A DNA stretch of 63,990 nt, filler included, from Barthelona sp. PAP020 (taxonomy: Eukaryota): NCBI GenBank assembly GCA_040182905.1. It is 6 parts of 6 records of this genome, joined end to end, with 100 filler letters (N's around TTAATTAATTAA, not from the genome) between each part and the next. Parts side by side here need not be neighbours in the genome. Positions count along the whole stretch, not along the records: positions 1 to 11,362 come from JARQWU010000375.1; 5 more parts are not named here. The stretch is one strand, 5' to 3'. The notes beneath the pieces were generated by a model, which did no database searches, was not told where the DNA came from, and saw nothing but the letters and a program-made list of their open reading frames with translations. The position numbers and the translations under genes are program-made. This document shows, in pieces, positions 1 to 10,371 of the stretch (its first letter is position 1; each line of letters opens with the position of its first letter).

Positions 1-976
1 CGACAAGTGTCGAAAAATGAGATGGATCAATTGAGGGAATGAGTGGATATATCTTGATGCAATTGTCTTTGCATCGACCACATACCAATTGTGTTCTGTC
101 AGGGGATATGTCAAAGGAAAACCAACTTACGTCACAGTTGCAATAAACTCTTTGAAGCTCTTGAAAGTTATCTGCATTGTACAAAGTGATATAACCATTT
201 CCAGACATTACAAACAGGATATGAGGCGTCAAAAAATTAAGGCGAAACACCATACCTCCAATATCAAATGAATGAATGACTGATCCAGTATCAATGTTCC
301 AAATCTTGACTTCGTTGGACACACCCCCAGTAGCAACGATCCGTTTCACTAAATTGAAGCTAATACCTCTTATAGGCGCACTGTGATTGAATGTTTGAAG
401 GACAGAAAGATCTGAGGCTTTCAATAATTTTGCAGTTTTATCGTTGCCTGCAGTTAAAAGATATTTTCCATCAGATGAAAGTATCATCCTCCAAATCCAA
501 CTGGAATGAATATTGGATTCCAATACAATGCTGTCCAAACCACCAACACCCTTGTGAATGTCGAATTTTCTCATTTTCCCATCATGATCTCCAGAATACA
601 AATAATTCGAACATAACGAAAAACAAATGCTATAAACATATCGTTGATTATCTATTCGCTTAATAATGGAGAAATCTGGCAAACTGTAAATGATGATGAT
701 GTTATCAACAGAACACGATGCCAACATCTGTTCATTTGCTGAAAAAGCAACACAAAAAACACTTCCTGGGTGATCATTCAAAGTATGAATCAATTCTCTA
801 GTTTTTACATCAAATACAAGCAAATCATTATTATTTTTACCAATAACAAAATACTTACCATTTGGGGAATACTTACATTCATACATATAGTCAAAAGTAA
901 TTTCTTCAATAAAATTAACTCTTTCTTCATCGATTCTCCAACCAAAAATTTCATCAATAGCTCTATTAATAATCAT
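1..976 (-). CDS. WD40-repeat protein, 3' truncated at contig end; inverted paralog of 10372..11362; absent from the ORF track
   Basis: Manual translation is open from ATG 976 to base 1: MIINRAIDEIFGWRIDEE...CKYSPNGKYF...VFCVAFSANEQMLASCS...VKIWNIDTG...FDISPDRTQLVCG...HFSTLV. The frame stays open ~16 codons further upstream, so the true start is uncertain. Confidence 0.85.
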   Translation of the reverse strand, partial: MIINRAIDEIFGWRIDEERVNFIEEITFDYMYECKYSPNGKYFVIGKNNNDLLVFDVKTRELIHTLNDHPGSVFCVAFSANEQMLASCSVDNIIIIYSLPDFSIIKRIDNQRYVYSICFSLCSNYLYSGDHDGKMRKFDIHKGVGGLDSIVLESNIHSSWIWRMILSSDGKYLLTAGNDKTAKLLKASDLSVLQTFNHSAPIRGISFNLVKRIVATGGVSNEVKIWNIDTGSVIHSFDIGGMVFRLNFLTPHILFVMSGNGYITLYNADNFQELQRVYCNCDVSWFSFDISPDRTQLVCGRCKDNCIKIYPLIPSIDPSHFSTLV

Positions 977-1134
977 ATTCAAACTTACCAAAAAAGAATC
1001 GTATTTGATAAAATCTTCCAATTCTTAAAAAAATTGGGTTTAATTTTTTACCATTTCATAATATACATATGATTTTAACTGTTTTCTAACGAATAAAAAA
1101 AGAAATAATTTGGGGAATGTTTTATTCAATGTAT

Positions 1135-2148
1135 TCAATGTATCTTTGTAATTCTATCAATATTTTCTTGAAACAGTTCAACTTTAAGGGTAATAGTACT
1201 CCAACGCAGGATATCTCCATTATTTAACTCATATATATTTCCTTTAGGCAACCATAAATCATTAACAAATAACTCTGCTTCCCCACGATTCATTATCTCA
1301 AATTTTCCCTTTGAATTCAATTTTAAGAATGACTGATGAACACTAATTTGGTGAAAACCCATTTCTTTTGTTAAATCGATGTGAACTTTGTCCGATTTAG
1401 TAGATTTTCCAATGATTGCTGATGGTAATTCAACAAAATATGTGGCCATAAAACCAATAAACCCCAACAAAACATTGGAAGGAACCTGGAATTTTAGCAT
1501 CTCCAAAGATGTTGTTTGTCGTGAAGGATCATTGATACCTAAAAATCCAGTTTTTCTTGATCCACATTTGGCCAAAATCTCTGGAATATGGTTATTTCGC
1601 TTTAATTTGTAATAATGAGCTTCTAATGACTTTGGAGTTCTGGTGGGATGAAATTTATTTCGATATAACCGCAAAATTTTAGGAAAACTAAGAGACTCAT
1701 TTTGAACACCAGAACACAACAAAAATTCCTCTTCATCTGACCATTTAACTCTTTTGCCTAAAGATACTTTGGTTCTCATTCTTTTTGTAGCTATTTCACA
1801 GAAACTGGGGTTATATAAAAACATCTTCCAACGATTTCTTAAAGTTGTTACAGGAAATTTAGTCGAAAATTTGTACTCTCTCAACATATTATTAAATGTT
1901 AATCCACTTTCAATGCCATCTTTCAATAAATTGTCATCACTTGGTGTAAACGTATAACCATCAGTTATAGATACATCAGTAAAAGTACCAACAGATATAG
2001 AAGAGCTTTGATTTGGCTCAAAAGATGAATCCATTACAGAAGCAGTTCTTACTCGATCAACTTCTTCATTTCTTCCATTTGTCACTTCCATCACAAAATT
2101 AGGCTCTTCATACATCTCTGATGATACAAAGGTATCATCTAAAGACAT
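1135..2148 (-). CDS. MCRS1: Microspherule protein 1-like (MCRS N-domain, SANT/Myb-like segment, C-terminal FHA)
   Basis: FSTKFPVTTLRNRWKMFLYNP resembles MCRS_N; WSDEEEFLL...FHPTRTPKSLEAHY follows; C-terminal IIGKSTKSDKVHIDL...ISVHQ...LNNGDIL is FHA-like. Confidence 0.8.
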   Translation of the reverse strand: MSLDDTFVSSEMYEEPNFVMEVTNGRNEEVDRVRTASVMDSSFEPNQSSSISVGTFTDVSITDGYTFTPSDDNLLKDGIESGLTFNNMLREYKFSTKFPVTTLRNRWKMFLYNPSFCEIATKRMRTKVSLGKRVKWSDEEEFLLCSGVQNESLSFPKILRLYRNKFHPTRTPKSLEAHYYKLKRNNHIPEILAKCGSRKTGFLGINDPSRQTTSLEMLKFQVPSNVLLGFIGFMATYFVELPSAIIGKSTKSDKVHIDLTKEMGFHQISVHQSFLKLNSKGKFEIMNRGEAELFVNDLWLPKGNIYELNNGDILRWSTITLKVELFQENIDRITKIH

Positions 2149-2224
2149 GGGAAATAAATAAAATTTGAATTGATGAACTGTTCAAAACAATCAAAGAAGA
2201 TTCATCAAATTATTTTATCATGTT

Positions 2225-3106
2225 ATGATACCTTCTGAATTCTTACCAAAATTAAACACTCTTTTTGATGTATATTTGAACCAAACAAAAAGATACTTGA
2301 TACTTAATGAATTTTATGTAGAAAAAAAGAATATATTGGAAGAATTTACAAAATTAAAGTTTCACACCACTGAAACGTTGAATGAAGATGTGAAAACCTT
2401 TGCTCAAGAATATAAGAAGGAACCATTCGAGGAAAACTTTTTTGACTTTTCACCTTCTTCTAATGATGATGAATTGATGAAAGAACCATATATAAATGAC
2501 AATGAATGTGTTGATAGCTCTGAAATTAAATCAATACTGATGAAATCCTCTGATATTTCTTCTTCCAACAGAGTTTCTTTTTCACAAAATATTTCTACTC
2601 AAATTCACATAAATTATAATATCTATGATCTTTTTGATGAAGTTTCGCGGTTTTATAATTATTATTATCAGCGTTGGTGCACTAGGCTTTTGGAAAGAAA
2701 GCTCATCAAATACACTCCCTATGACCGTGTTGATTATTTGGAAAAACACAATAATTGTATTAATTATGATCATGATGTGCGTTATTCTTATCCACCGATT
2801 CTTAACTTCCATTTACATCGTTTCAACACTGAAGTTTTAGAACCCTATTTGAAAGAGAGTGATGAATTTAGAACAGATCAAGAAGTGTATGCTTTTTTAG
2901 TGGCTAAGTTGAATGCTTTTTTAGGCAGAGGTGATTATGAACCCTTTTCCTACAAAAACATTCGAGTTAACTCACATGATTACACAATACCCAATGTGAA
3001 TGATACTATTGTACCCCAAATTTTTCCAACACCTGCAACAAAAGTTCCATGGAAGGGTTTAATTGATGTGTTTGATTCTGATGACGAAACATGGAATTTA
3101 TTCTAA
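2225..3106 (+). CDS. Hypothetical protein, 293 aa
   Basis: Long ORF head-to-head with MCRS1-like; no motif recognised. Confidence 0.7.
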   Translation: MIPSEFLPKLNTLFDVYLNQTKRYLILNEFYVEKKNILEEFTKLKFHTTETLNEDVKTFAQEYKKEPFEENFFDFSPSSNDDELMKEPYINDNECVDSSEIKSILMKSSDISSSNRVSFSQNISTQIHINYNIYDLFDEVSRFYNYYYQRWCTRLLERKLIKYTPYDRVDYLEKHNNCINYDHDVRYSYPPILNFHLHRFNTEVLEPYLKESDEFRTDQEVYAFLVAKLNAFLGRGDYEPFSYKNIRVNSHDYTIPNVNDTIVPQIFPTPATKVPWKGLIDVFDSDDETWNLF

Positions 3107-3416
3107 ATTTCAATGACATAACTTGTAAATTGTGGTGGGTTTTTTATTTGGTTCTTTTCATGATACACTTTGATTGTTATGAGTTTGTTAGGTCAAATAA
3201 CGAGAGAAATACACCTCCAAATTGGGCTGACAAGTAAGAATAAATGTTCAAATTTTGATTTTTTTTCAAAACTTTGTTCAAAATATGATGTGATAAATAT
3301 TAACATTTTAAATCTCAAACCTAAAAGATAATTAAAAAAATAGATAAATAAAAAGAAAACTTGAAAAAAACAGAGAATTTAAATTCAATTGTTTATTTCA
3401 CATTTCCAAGGTTGAA

Positions 3417-4715
3417 ATGGAAATGACACAAATATTTACATCATTAAATGACTACACAGATATTCAACAAATTAGCAAAGGAGGATATGGAGAAATATTT
3501 CGAGCAATACACAAGCCCACTCAAAAACAAGTGTGTTTAAAACGATTTTTAACTACAAACTGTTGTTTAGATGGATTTAGTTTCAATACATTGCGAGAAA
3601 TTAAGTATTTAATGGATATAGATCACCCCAACATCATTCAAATTTTGGATATATTTGTACATGAAGGTACCATGTATATGGCTACTGAATATATGAATGG
3701 AGGCGATATGCACAAATTAATATATAACAATCAACAGAAATTGAATATTCAAATAATTAAGAGCATATTCTATCAAATGTTATTAGCTTTTGAACACTTG
3801 CATTCGAAAAATTTATCACATAGGGATGTTAAAATGGATAATTTCTTGGTCAAAAGGGATGGTTCAATTGTCCTTATTGATTTTGGAAATTGTCGCATTT
3901 TTTCCTCCAATGGAGAAGGATGTACGGATGAAGCCAGGGCAAACCATCAATTTAATCGACCACCAGAGTTATTGGTAGGCAATGGAGAATGTAGCTATTA
4001 TTCTGATGTTTGGGGCTTAGGCTGCATTTTATTCCAACTTTTAAGTGGAAAAACGCTTTTTAGACCGCCAAAAAGTAGAATATTAAATGACTTAAGTGTG
4101 CTTTCCAGAATTTTTTCTATATTAGGACAACCCACTCAGGATATGTTTGGATTTGGAATCCCATATTTACCAGGAATAACAGCATATTCAAAACCAAACG
4201 TAGGATCTGGACTAGAGGAACAAATTGTTGAGCTATCAACAATACCCAATATACCAGATAGTTGCATTGATCTATTGAAAAAAATGCTCTCTATTCCCCC
4301 TTTAAAGAGGCCCACTATCAAAGAATGCTTGGAACATCCTTTTTTTAGTGAGGCACCTTCCTTATTGGATTTTCCACTTCAATCTTTCATACATACAATC
4401 CCAAACACTCCTTATATGAATCAAACATTTACAAATTACAATTGTCCATCCACTCTACAGTATGTCAGGGATCAAGATTTCTTGAGAAATCTTGGACCAG
4501 TCATTGAAGGTTTGAAATTTCAAGAAACTCCTTTTGCTTCAATTGAAACAACACCATTAACTACAGTTAACAAAGAAATTGATTATGATGGTATTTTTGA
4601 TGAAAAGGTTTTTGGAAATACTCCGATTGTACGTAGATTAGATTTCAATTCAAATGAAGGATTAACACCAAATAAATTTGCACCTGTTGTGGAGTCTGAT
4701 TCAGATTACGATTGA
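3417..4715 (+). CDS. CMGC/CDK-family Ser/Thr kinase, CDK7-like
   Basis: SKGGYG, VCLK, DGFSFNTLREIKYL (cf. CDK7 DGINRTALREIKLL), HRDVKMDN, DFG, RPPELL, DVWGLGCI, CMGC insert. Confidence 0.8.
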   Translation: MEMTQIFTSLNDYTDIQQISKGGYGEIFRAIHKPTQKQVCLKRFLTTNCCLDGFSFNTLREIKYLMDIDHPNIIQILDIFVHEGTMYMATEYMNGGDMHKLIYNNQQKLNIQIIKSIFYQMLLAFEHLHSKNLSHRDVKMDNFLVKRDGSIVLIDFGNCRIFSSNGEGCTDEARANHQFNRPPELLVGNGECSYYSDVWGLGCILFQLLSGKTLFRPPKSRILNDLSVLSRIFSILGQPTQDMFGFGIPYLPGITAYSKPNVGSGLEEQIVELSTIPNIPDSCIDLLKKMLSIPPLKRPTIKECLEHPFFSEAPSLLDFPLQSFIHTIPNTPYMNQTFTNYNCPSTLQYVRDQDFLRNLGPVIEGLKFQETPFASIETTPLTTVNKEIDYDGIFDEKVFGNTPIVRRLDFNSNEGLTPNKFAPVVESDSDYD

Positions 4716-4860
4716 AAAAGTCAATAAATTGTATGTATATCTTTTTTTTTATTCTTTTTAGTGCAATTAAAGGTACAAAAAATTGATAAAGGAAGGAATT
4801 TATTGGGAATAAGTGACTAAAGAATTGAGGTTTCTTTACTTTTCTTTTTCTTATTTAATA

Positions 4861-7503
4861 ATGGATTTGGGGGAGTTTCAACAATTATGTTTAGATATAG
4901 ACATACTAAATTTGAATTGGAAAGAATTTCAAGACTATATTAACGTTTTTGAAGATAGAATATTAATTTTTTTATTTGAAGAATTATTAAAACAATTTTC
5001 AAGTATTCCTAATACTGATATTGAACAAAGAATTTGTTATTTATGCATTGATCATGATCGTTTAGATCTTTTGAAGTATTTATTTGATAATAATTATGTT
5101 ACTGTGAATTTGATTAAATACTCGTTATTTCAAAGAAAATTTGAGAGTTTGAAATTAATCCTTGAATATCAGAGCTTTAAAAATACCATTAAATTTTTGG
5201 AAGGACATTCAAGTTTGTTAACATGTGTAACTGCTTCTGAAAAGTTCATTGCAACGGGTTCAAAAGATCATTCTTTAATTGTCTATAATGATGATTTTTC
5301 TCCATTACATCGTTTTCAAGACCATACCAGTGATATTTCTGATGTAAGTATATCTCCAGATGGAAAATATATTGCCACTTGTTCTTTTGATAAATCAATT
5401 TTTGTCTATGATAGTGCAGAATGGGATGTTGTTTTTCAAAAAAACAAAGCACATTTGCATTGGATATTCGGTGTAGCTTTCTCTCCAAACATGAATTATT
5501 TGGTATCGGTTGACCGTAATGGCATTTTGAAAATTTGGGATTTTTTAAAAGATATCTGCCTGCTTGAAACTCGTGTTCACAACAAATTGATTCATTCCGT
5601 TGTTTTTTCAGCAAATGGGAGATACATTGCGACAACTTCCAGAGATGGTACAGCGAAAGTAATTGTTGTGGAGGAATTATTGAAAAAACAGAATATTTCT
5701 GACTTTTCTTTGTCAAACACATTTCCTTTGAGTTCAAACAACAGATACACTGGTACTGGTACTGGCAGTGGGTTGAGTAGAAATGCTTCAACTTCTTCTT
5801 TTTTGCCTAGTCCAGGATCTAGTTCTCTTGGGTTTAAAAAAATGAACAGTAACACTTTTCCAGCATCAAATCTATCCAGGGCTATATCATCAACGGATCT
5901 TTTAACCAACTTGAATTTTATGGAACCAACTTTTGATTCAAAGTTTTTGAAGAATAGTGAAGACCCGAATATTTTAACAATCGATGGAATATCTGTTGGT
6001 TCTCATTCATCGATTTGTTTTAGCAAGAATGATCGTTTTGTTTTGATTACATTATCGAAAGGAAAGGTAGATTTATGGGATTGTATCAAACTTGAACGTA
6101 TACACACTTTCAAATTATTGTCTCGCAATAATATTGTTTTTGCGAGATTTATTGAGAATGATACTGCAATTTTATGTGGAAGTCAAACTGGAGAAATTAT
6201 TTATCAAAGACTGTCTTTGCTTTCACCTTTTGTACTTTCTTCCAATCTTCCTCTTGCTATCTACAAGAATTCTAACATTAAACCATTTAACCAATTCTGC
6301 ATCATTAAAAATACATTAATTTGTTGTGGTACTCTCGTAGATCATGAAAATTCTGCTATACTTTTCGATTTGGATGATTTTAAAGTCGAAGATATGATTA
6401 TAAATAGTTTTGAAGAGATTTTGAATGACCTGAAGAAAAAGAATGGCAATGATGAAGAAACTGAAAAGATTTTGATGAAATTTTCACCTATCTTAGCAAA
6501 AACTTCAAATTTCAAACTCTTGAAAAAATTAATCTGCAGTAATGAGATTGTTATTGATTCTGAATGTTGGAAGGTTTATGAAGATATCTTGGGGTCAATA
6601 AAAATGAATGAATTTGCTGAATTAAAGGCGAGATATCTTGAAAATAGTCAATTGTCTTTGGACGAATTTCTTGAAAGAGAAGTTGATAGAAATGTCAGTA
6701 ATTTCAGTACAGGATTTCATTCTCGTTCATTGTCGAATTTTTCAGGTTTCGGTTCAGACATTCAATCGGAATCCGAGTTGGATATTTCAGATGATCAAGA
6801 CAAAAGTCCACCCAAGCAAATCGAAGAAAACGATATTGTTAAAGCTTTACACGATATCATTGACGAAAATAATATGGTAGAAGAAGTGGTTGAAGAGATG
6901 GAAATTGAAATTGACATTGAAAATTCAGACGATGATGATGATGATGATGAAGCCATCACAAATATAGAAACGACCGATTTGCAATTCGAAGCTAGATTGA
7001 TGCAAGCAAATTCAGAAATTGACGATTACAAAAGTCAATTATACACATTGCAAAATAAACTTGAAGAACAAAAAACCTTGAATGAAGAAGCCACATTCAA
7101 AATTGATGAAAAAAAATTGGAAATTACAGAGTTACTGAATATGCTCAAGTCTAAAGAAGAGGAATTGAACGACTTAAGAAGTGAAATTCAGCAAAATCAA
7201 GATAAAATTGCTGAAATTACATTAGAAAATTCAAACTTATTGCAGGAGAAAGGCAAATTTTCAAAGGAATGCGAACATTTAAATGAAATAAATAATAATT
7301 TGAACAAAAAATCAAAAGAATTGAACAATAAATTAAAGGAATTGAATGAATGCATTTCTGTTTTACAACAAAGTTTATCCGATCAAAATAATTTGGAAGA
7401 AGAGTTGAGTGAAATAAAAAAAGAATATGAAAAGCTTTCTCTTGAAAATGAAAGAAACAAAGTACTTTTGAGAGAAAGTGGCACATGCTGTAATGTTATG
7501 TAA
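4861..7503 (+). CDS. WD40 beta-propeller + acidic region + long coiled coil, ending in CaaX (CCNVM)
   Basis: GH...WD repeats (GHSSLLTCV, DHTSDISDVSISPDG, LKIWD); heptad-rich C-terminus; ATG at 4861 preferred over the track's non-ATG start at 4813. Confidence 0.85.
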   Translation: MDLGEFQQLCLDIDILNLNWKEFQDYINVFEDRILIFLFEELLKQFSSIPNTDIEQRICYLCIDHDRLDLLKYLFDNNYVTVNLIKYSLFQRKFESLKLILEYQSFKNTIKFLEGHSSLLTCVTASEKFIATGSKDHSLIVYNDDFSPLHRFQDHTSDISDVSISPDGKYIATCSFDKSIFVYDSAEWDVVFQKNKAHLHWIFGVAFSPNMNYLVSVDRNGILKIWDFLKDICLLETRVHNKLIHSVVFSANGRYIATTSRDGTAKVIVVEELLKKQNISDFSLSNTFPLSSNNRYTGTGTGSGLSRNASTSSFLPSPGSSSLGFKKMNSNTFPASNLSRAISSTDLLTNLNFMEPTFDSKFLKNSEDPNILTIDGISVGSHSSICFSKNDRFVLITLSKGKVDLWDCIKLERIHTFKLLSRNNIVFARFIENDTAILCGSQTGEIIYQRLSLLSPFVLSSNLPLAIYKNSNIKPFNQFCIIKNTLICCGTLVDHENSAILFDLDDFKVEDMIINSFEEILNDLKKKNGNDEETEKILMKFSPILAKTSNFKLLKKLICSNEIVIDSECWKVYEDILGSIKMNEFAELKARYLENSQLSLDEFLEREVDRNVSNFSTGFHSRSLSNFSGFGSDIQSESELDISDDQDKSPPKQIEENDIVKALHDIIDENNMVEEVVEEMEIEIDIENSDDDDDDDEAITNIETTDLQFEARLMQANSEIDDYKSQLYTLQNKLEEQKTLNEEATFKIDEKKLEITELLNMLKSKEEELNDLRSEIQQNQDKIAEITLENSNLLQEKGKFSKECEHLNEINNNLNKKSKELNNKLKELNECISVLQQSLSDQNNLEEELSEIKKEYEKLSLENERNKVLLRESGTCCNVM

Positions 7504-7773
7504 ATGATTTGTACAAAATAAATTTTTTTCTTTGAAATTTAATGAATCAAAAAATAGGTTAGTTGTTGATGAAAGAAATCGGGTTAAAAAAGAAAAAATT
7601 CATGGGTGAGTAATTTTTTTGAAGTAGAATAAAGAATTTAAAAACAATAAATACATATTTATTAAAATATAAACTCTAATTGATAAAAAATCTTTTATTG
7701 ACATCCGTTTGATCATTAAAAAAATCGCCAATAATTCTCTTTTTCAAGTTCAATACTTTCAATTCATGTTTAT

Positions 7774-10128
7774 ATGAGTGAGTCAAACACCGAATTATCC
7801 GTATTGTTATCTGGAAAGATACCCAAAACTACATTACGAAATTCCAAAGATCTAAATTCTTCTTTAATTCATAATCCTGAATTTTTTTCATTAAATGAAG
7901 GAATTGAATATACAACAAGCGAAGGTAATCGAATAGAAAAAATTTCTTCAAATCAAATGCTTATCAATGGTTGTCGAATTATTGATTTACCCAATGAAGA
8001 AACCGTTAAATCTTCTGAAATTCAATTGGTAACTCCAAATAGATCATTTAAACTTAAAACTTCACTTGATATTACTTCTTTTGACATTGAAAGTGAATTT
8101 CAAAGAAATTTGATGGATAGCCCTTTATTTAGTCCTGAAACGACTTTGCAAACAACTAAACAAGTAGAAGACGACGAAACACCTACGATTGAAAAACCCG
8201 CTAAAATCAAAGCAATTTCACCTTTTTCATCACCTTCAAAACCTCTCAACAATATTTCTGAACCATCAAAATTGTTTGATCGACTCTTTTCAAAGATTAA
8301 AAATAATTCCCCTTCACCTGTCAAAACGAAGAGTGAAACATCAACACCCACTGTTGCTTTAGAAACGTTGATTACGAAAATTACTCATAATAAAAAGAAT
8401 GATGAGGAAGCGAATCCCTATTCACCCACTAAAAAAGAGTCTGTCAATGATTCTACCCCTAAAATTAAAGCAAAAGATGCACAAGAAGTTCTAAACAGCG
8501 ATGTGGACTTAAGATTGAATCCTTTCGAAATGAATTTAAAGCAACCAAAAGAAGCCAAAGAGAAAAGCAAGAGAAAAACGAAAAAAGTCAAAAGCCCTTT
8601 TGATCTTAGCAAAAAAGTGCTTGACAAAGATTCTATGCTGAACAAAAATACCTTTAATACCCCTGTGCGAAAGAATCAATATGCCCATGTGAAATCAAGA
8701 TTGTATGAAACCCCGAAAAATATGGTTATTACGCCTAAACATGTTAAAGGCACTAGTACTGTTAGAAAAGGGCAAAAAGATTCTTCAAAACGAAGGGTTA
8801 AGGAAGTTAACAAAACAAATAGCGTAAACAGCTCATATGAAACACCAAAGCGATATAACGTAAAGAGCAAGGTAAGTGAAGCCTGGTCAACCAAAAGTAA
8901 GTCTCTCAGGGCTGATAAAACTGATAGGAATAGCAATAATAGCACTAATGGCAGTGTTGTTAGCAGTAAAAGAGTTCAAAAAAAGTTAAAAAACAACAGG
9001 AATAGTTCATCAACTGGAGAACAAGTTCGTGTTGATGACAAAATTAATACCCCACGAAATGTAGGTCTTAATCGTTCAAAAGACACAAGTACATTGAATG
9101 TTAATGACAAAAAACGAGTTGGTTCCCAAAAAAGGAAAATAAATACAGCAATTACAATAGATACTACTGGTTCAAGATCAAGAGTTGCCCCGAATGATAC
9201 TCAAATGAAAAGATCATTGTCTCAAACTTTTAGTGGATTAAATACTCCACTTTCCAAAAATAATATCAAATCGTTTTCCTTTCAAGAAACCCCAAATAAA
9301 TTTTTTCAACCTCCATCTTTGATTGAATTTCAACCTAAATGGACTTTAAAAGAAGAAGAAACTGATGATAAAGAACAAAAAGAGCAAAAAGAACAAAAAG
9401 AACGAGAAGTAGACAATGTTGTTGTCAAACCTAAAGTTCTTGTTTTTGAAGATACTACAGACCATGCAAAAGTTTTCAATACATTAATGAGTAATACACC
9501 TAGAAAGAAAGATGAATGTTGTTTAGATCATAATTTATTATTCGAAAAGCTTGAAGCTGATTTCCTTTTGGAACAAGAGGAAGAAAGAAAACTAGAAACG
9601 GAAAGAAGAAAAAAAGAAAAAGAACAACAAATGGTGCTTATGAAAGTTTACTTGCAGAACCTCCTTTTGGGTATATCAGATGACGCTGTTGATGAAGTTG
9701 AAAAGAAAAATTTGGAATTGGAAAAACAAAAAGAAGAACAATTGGAACAAAGAATTCAACGATCAATTCATTTCTTAGCTAAAGGTGGTGAATTATTGAA
9801 AGGCGTAACAAGAGGAAAACCACATGTACGTTACTTTAAACTTGATGAATCTTGCAAAAAGTTGATTTGGGATAGTAAATCATCAAAAAATGCTAATGGT
9901 ATCACTATAGACAGCATTACTGCTATTTTGGTTCACAGATTTGAAAATGCTGATGCTCGAAAATTAGAGACAAAACATCTTCAATTTTCTTTTTCTTTAT
10001 TGTCCTCTGAAAAGAATTTGGCTTTGATATGTCCAAACACAGAAACATTATCAAAATGGGTGAGAAGTTTGGAGTTTCTCACACAAATTTCTGCTGATTT
10101 CTTTCAAATACCTCAAATTACAGAATAA
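7774..10128 (+). CDS. Low-complexity S/K/P-rich protein with coiled coil and C-terminal PLC-type PH domain
   Basis: GGELLK...GKPHVRYFKLDESCKKLIWDSK...FSFSLL...LALICPNTETLSKWVRSL is a typical PH signature. Confidence 0.75.
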   Translation: MSESNTELSVLLSGKIPKTTLRNSKDLNSSLIHNPEFFSLNEGIEYTTSEGNRIEKISSNQMLINGCRIIDLPNEETVKSSEIQLVTPNRSFKLKTSLDITSFDIESEFQRNLMDSPLFSPETTLQTTKQVEDDETPTIEKPAKIKAISPFSSPSKPLNNISEPSKLFDRLFSKIKNNSPSPVKTKSETSTPTVALETLITKITHNKKNDEEANPYSPTKKESVNDSTPKIKAKDAQEVLNSDVDLRLNPFEMNLKQPKEAKEKSKRKTKKVKSPFDLSKKVLDKDSMLNKNTFNTPVRKNQYAHVKSRLYETPKNMVITPKHVKGTSTVRKGQKDSSKRRVKEVNKTNSVNSSYETPKRYNVKSKVSEAWSTKSKSLRADKTDRNSNNSTNGSVVSSKRVQKKLKNNRNSSSTGEQVRVDDKINTPRNVGLNRSKDTSTLNVNDKKRVGSQKRKINTAITIDTTGSRSRVAPNDTQMKRSLSQTFSGLNTPLSKNNIKSFSFQETPNKFFQPPSLIEFQPKWTLKEEETDDKEQKEQKEQKEREVDNVVVKPKVLVFEDTTDHAKVFNTLMSNTPRKKDECCLDHNLLFEKLEADFLLEQEEERKLETERRKKEKEQQMVLMKVYLQNLLLGISDDAVDEVEKKNLELEKQKEEQLEQRIQRSIHFLAKGGELLKGVTRGKPHVRYFKLDESCKKLIWDSKSSKNANGITIDSITAILVHRFENADARKLETKHLQFSFSLLSSEKNLALICPNTETLSKWVRSLEFLTQISADFFQIPQITE

Positions 10129-10371
10129 ACTTTCTTTTATTTCTTTATTGTTTTTCTTGGCATAACAAAAAAATTTTTATTAAGTGAAAAAATAGCCCCA
10201 AATGAAAAAATCAAAGAAAATGGAAAATTGTCTTGAATATTGTTTTTTATTGCAAAACTTAATTGATATATTTTGTTCTTTTTATCCAAATACTGAATGA
10301 TTTCGAAGAAAATTGAAGAATCTTCGTACTGAAAATTAGATCTTCTCACGACTCTTTTAATATCATTCCTT

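Noticed and set aside
967..1054. Two candidate short introns upstream of the left WD40 gene (minus strand, including a GTAAGT...AG)
   Set aside because: The splice combinations tried give an in-frame stop or the wrong frame.
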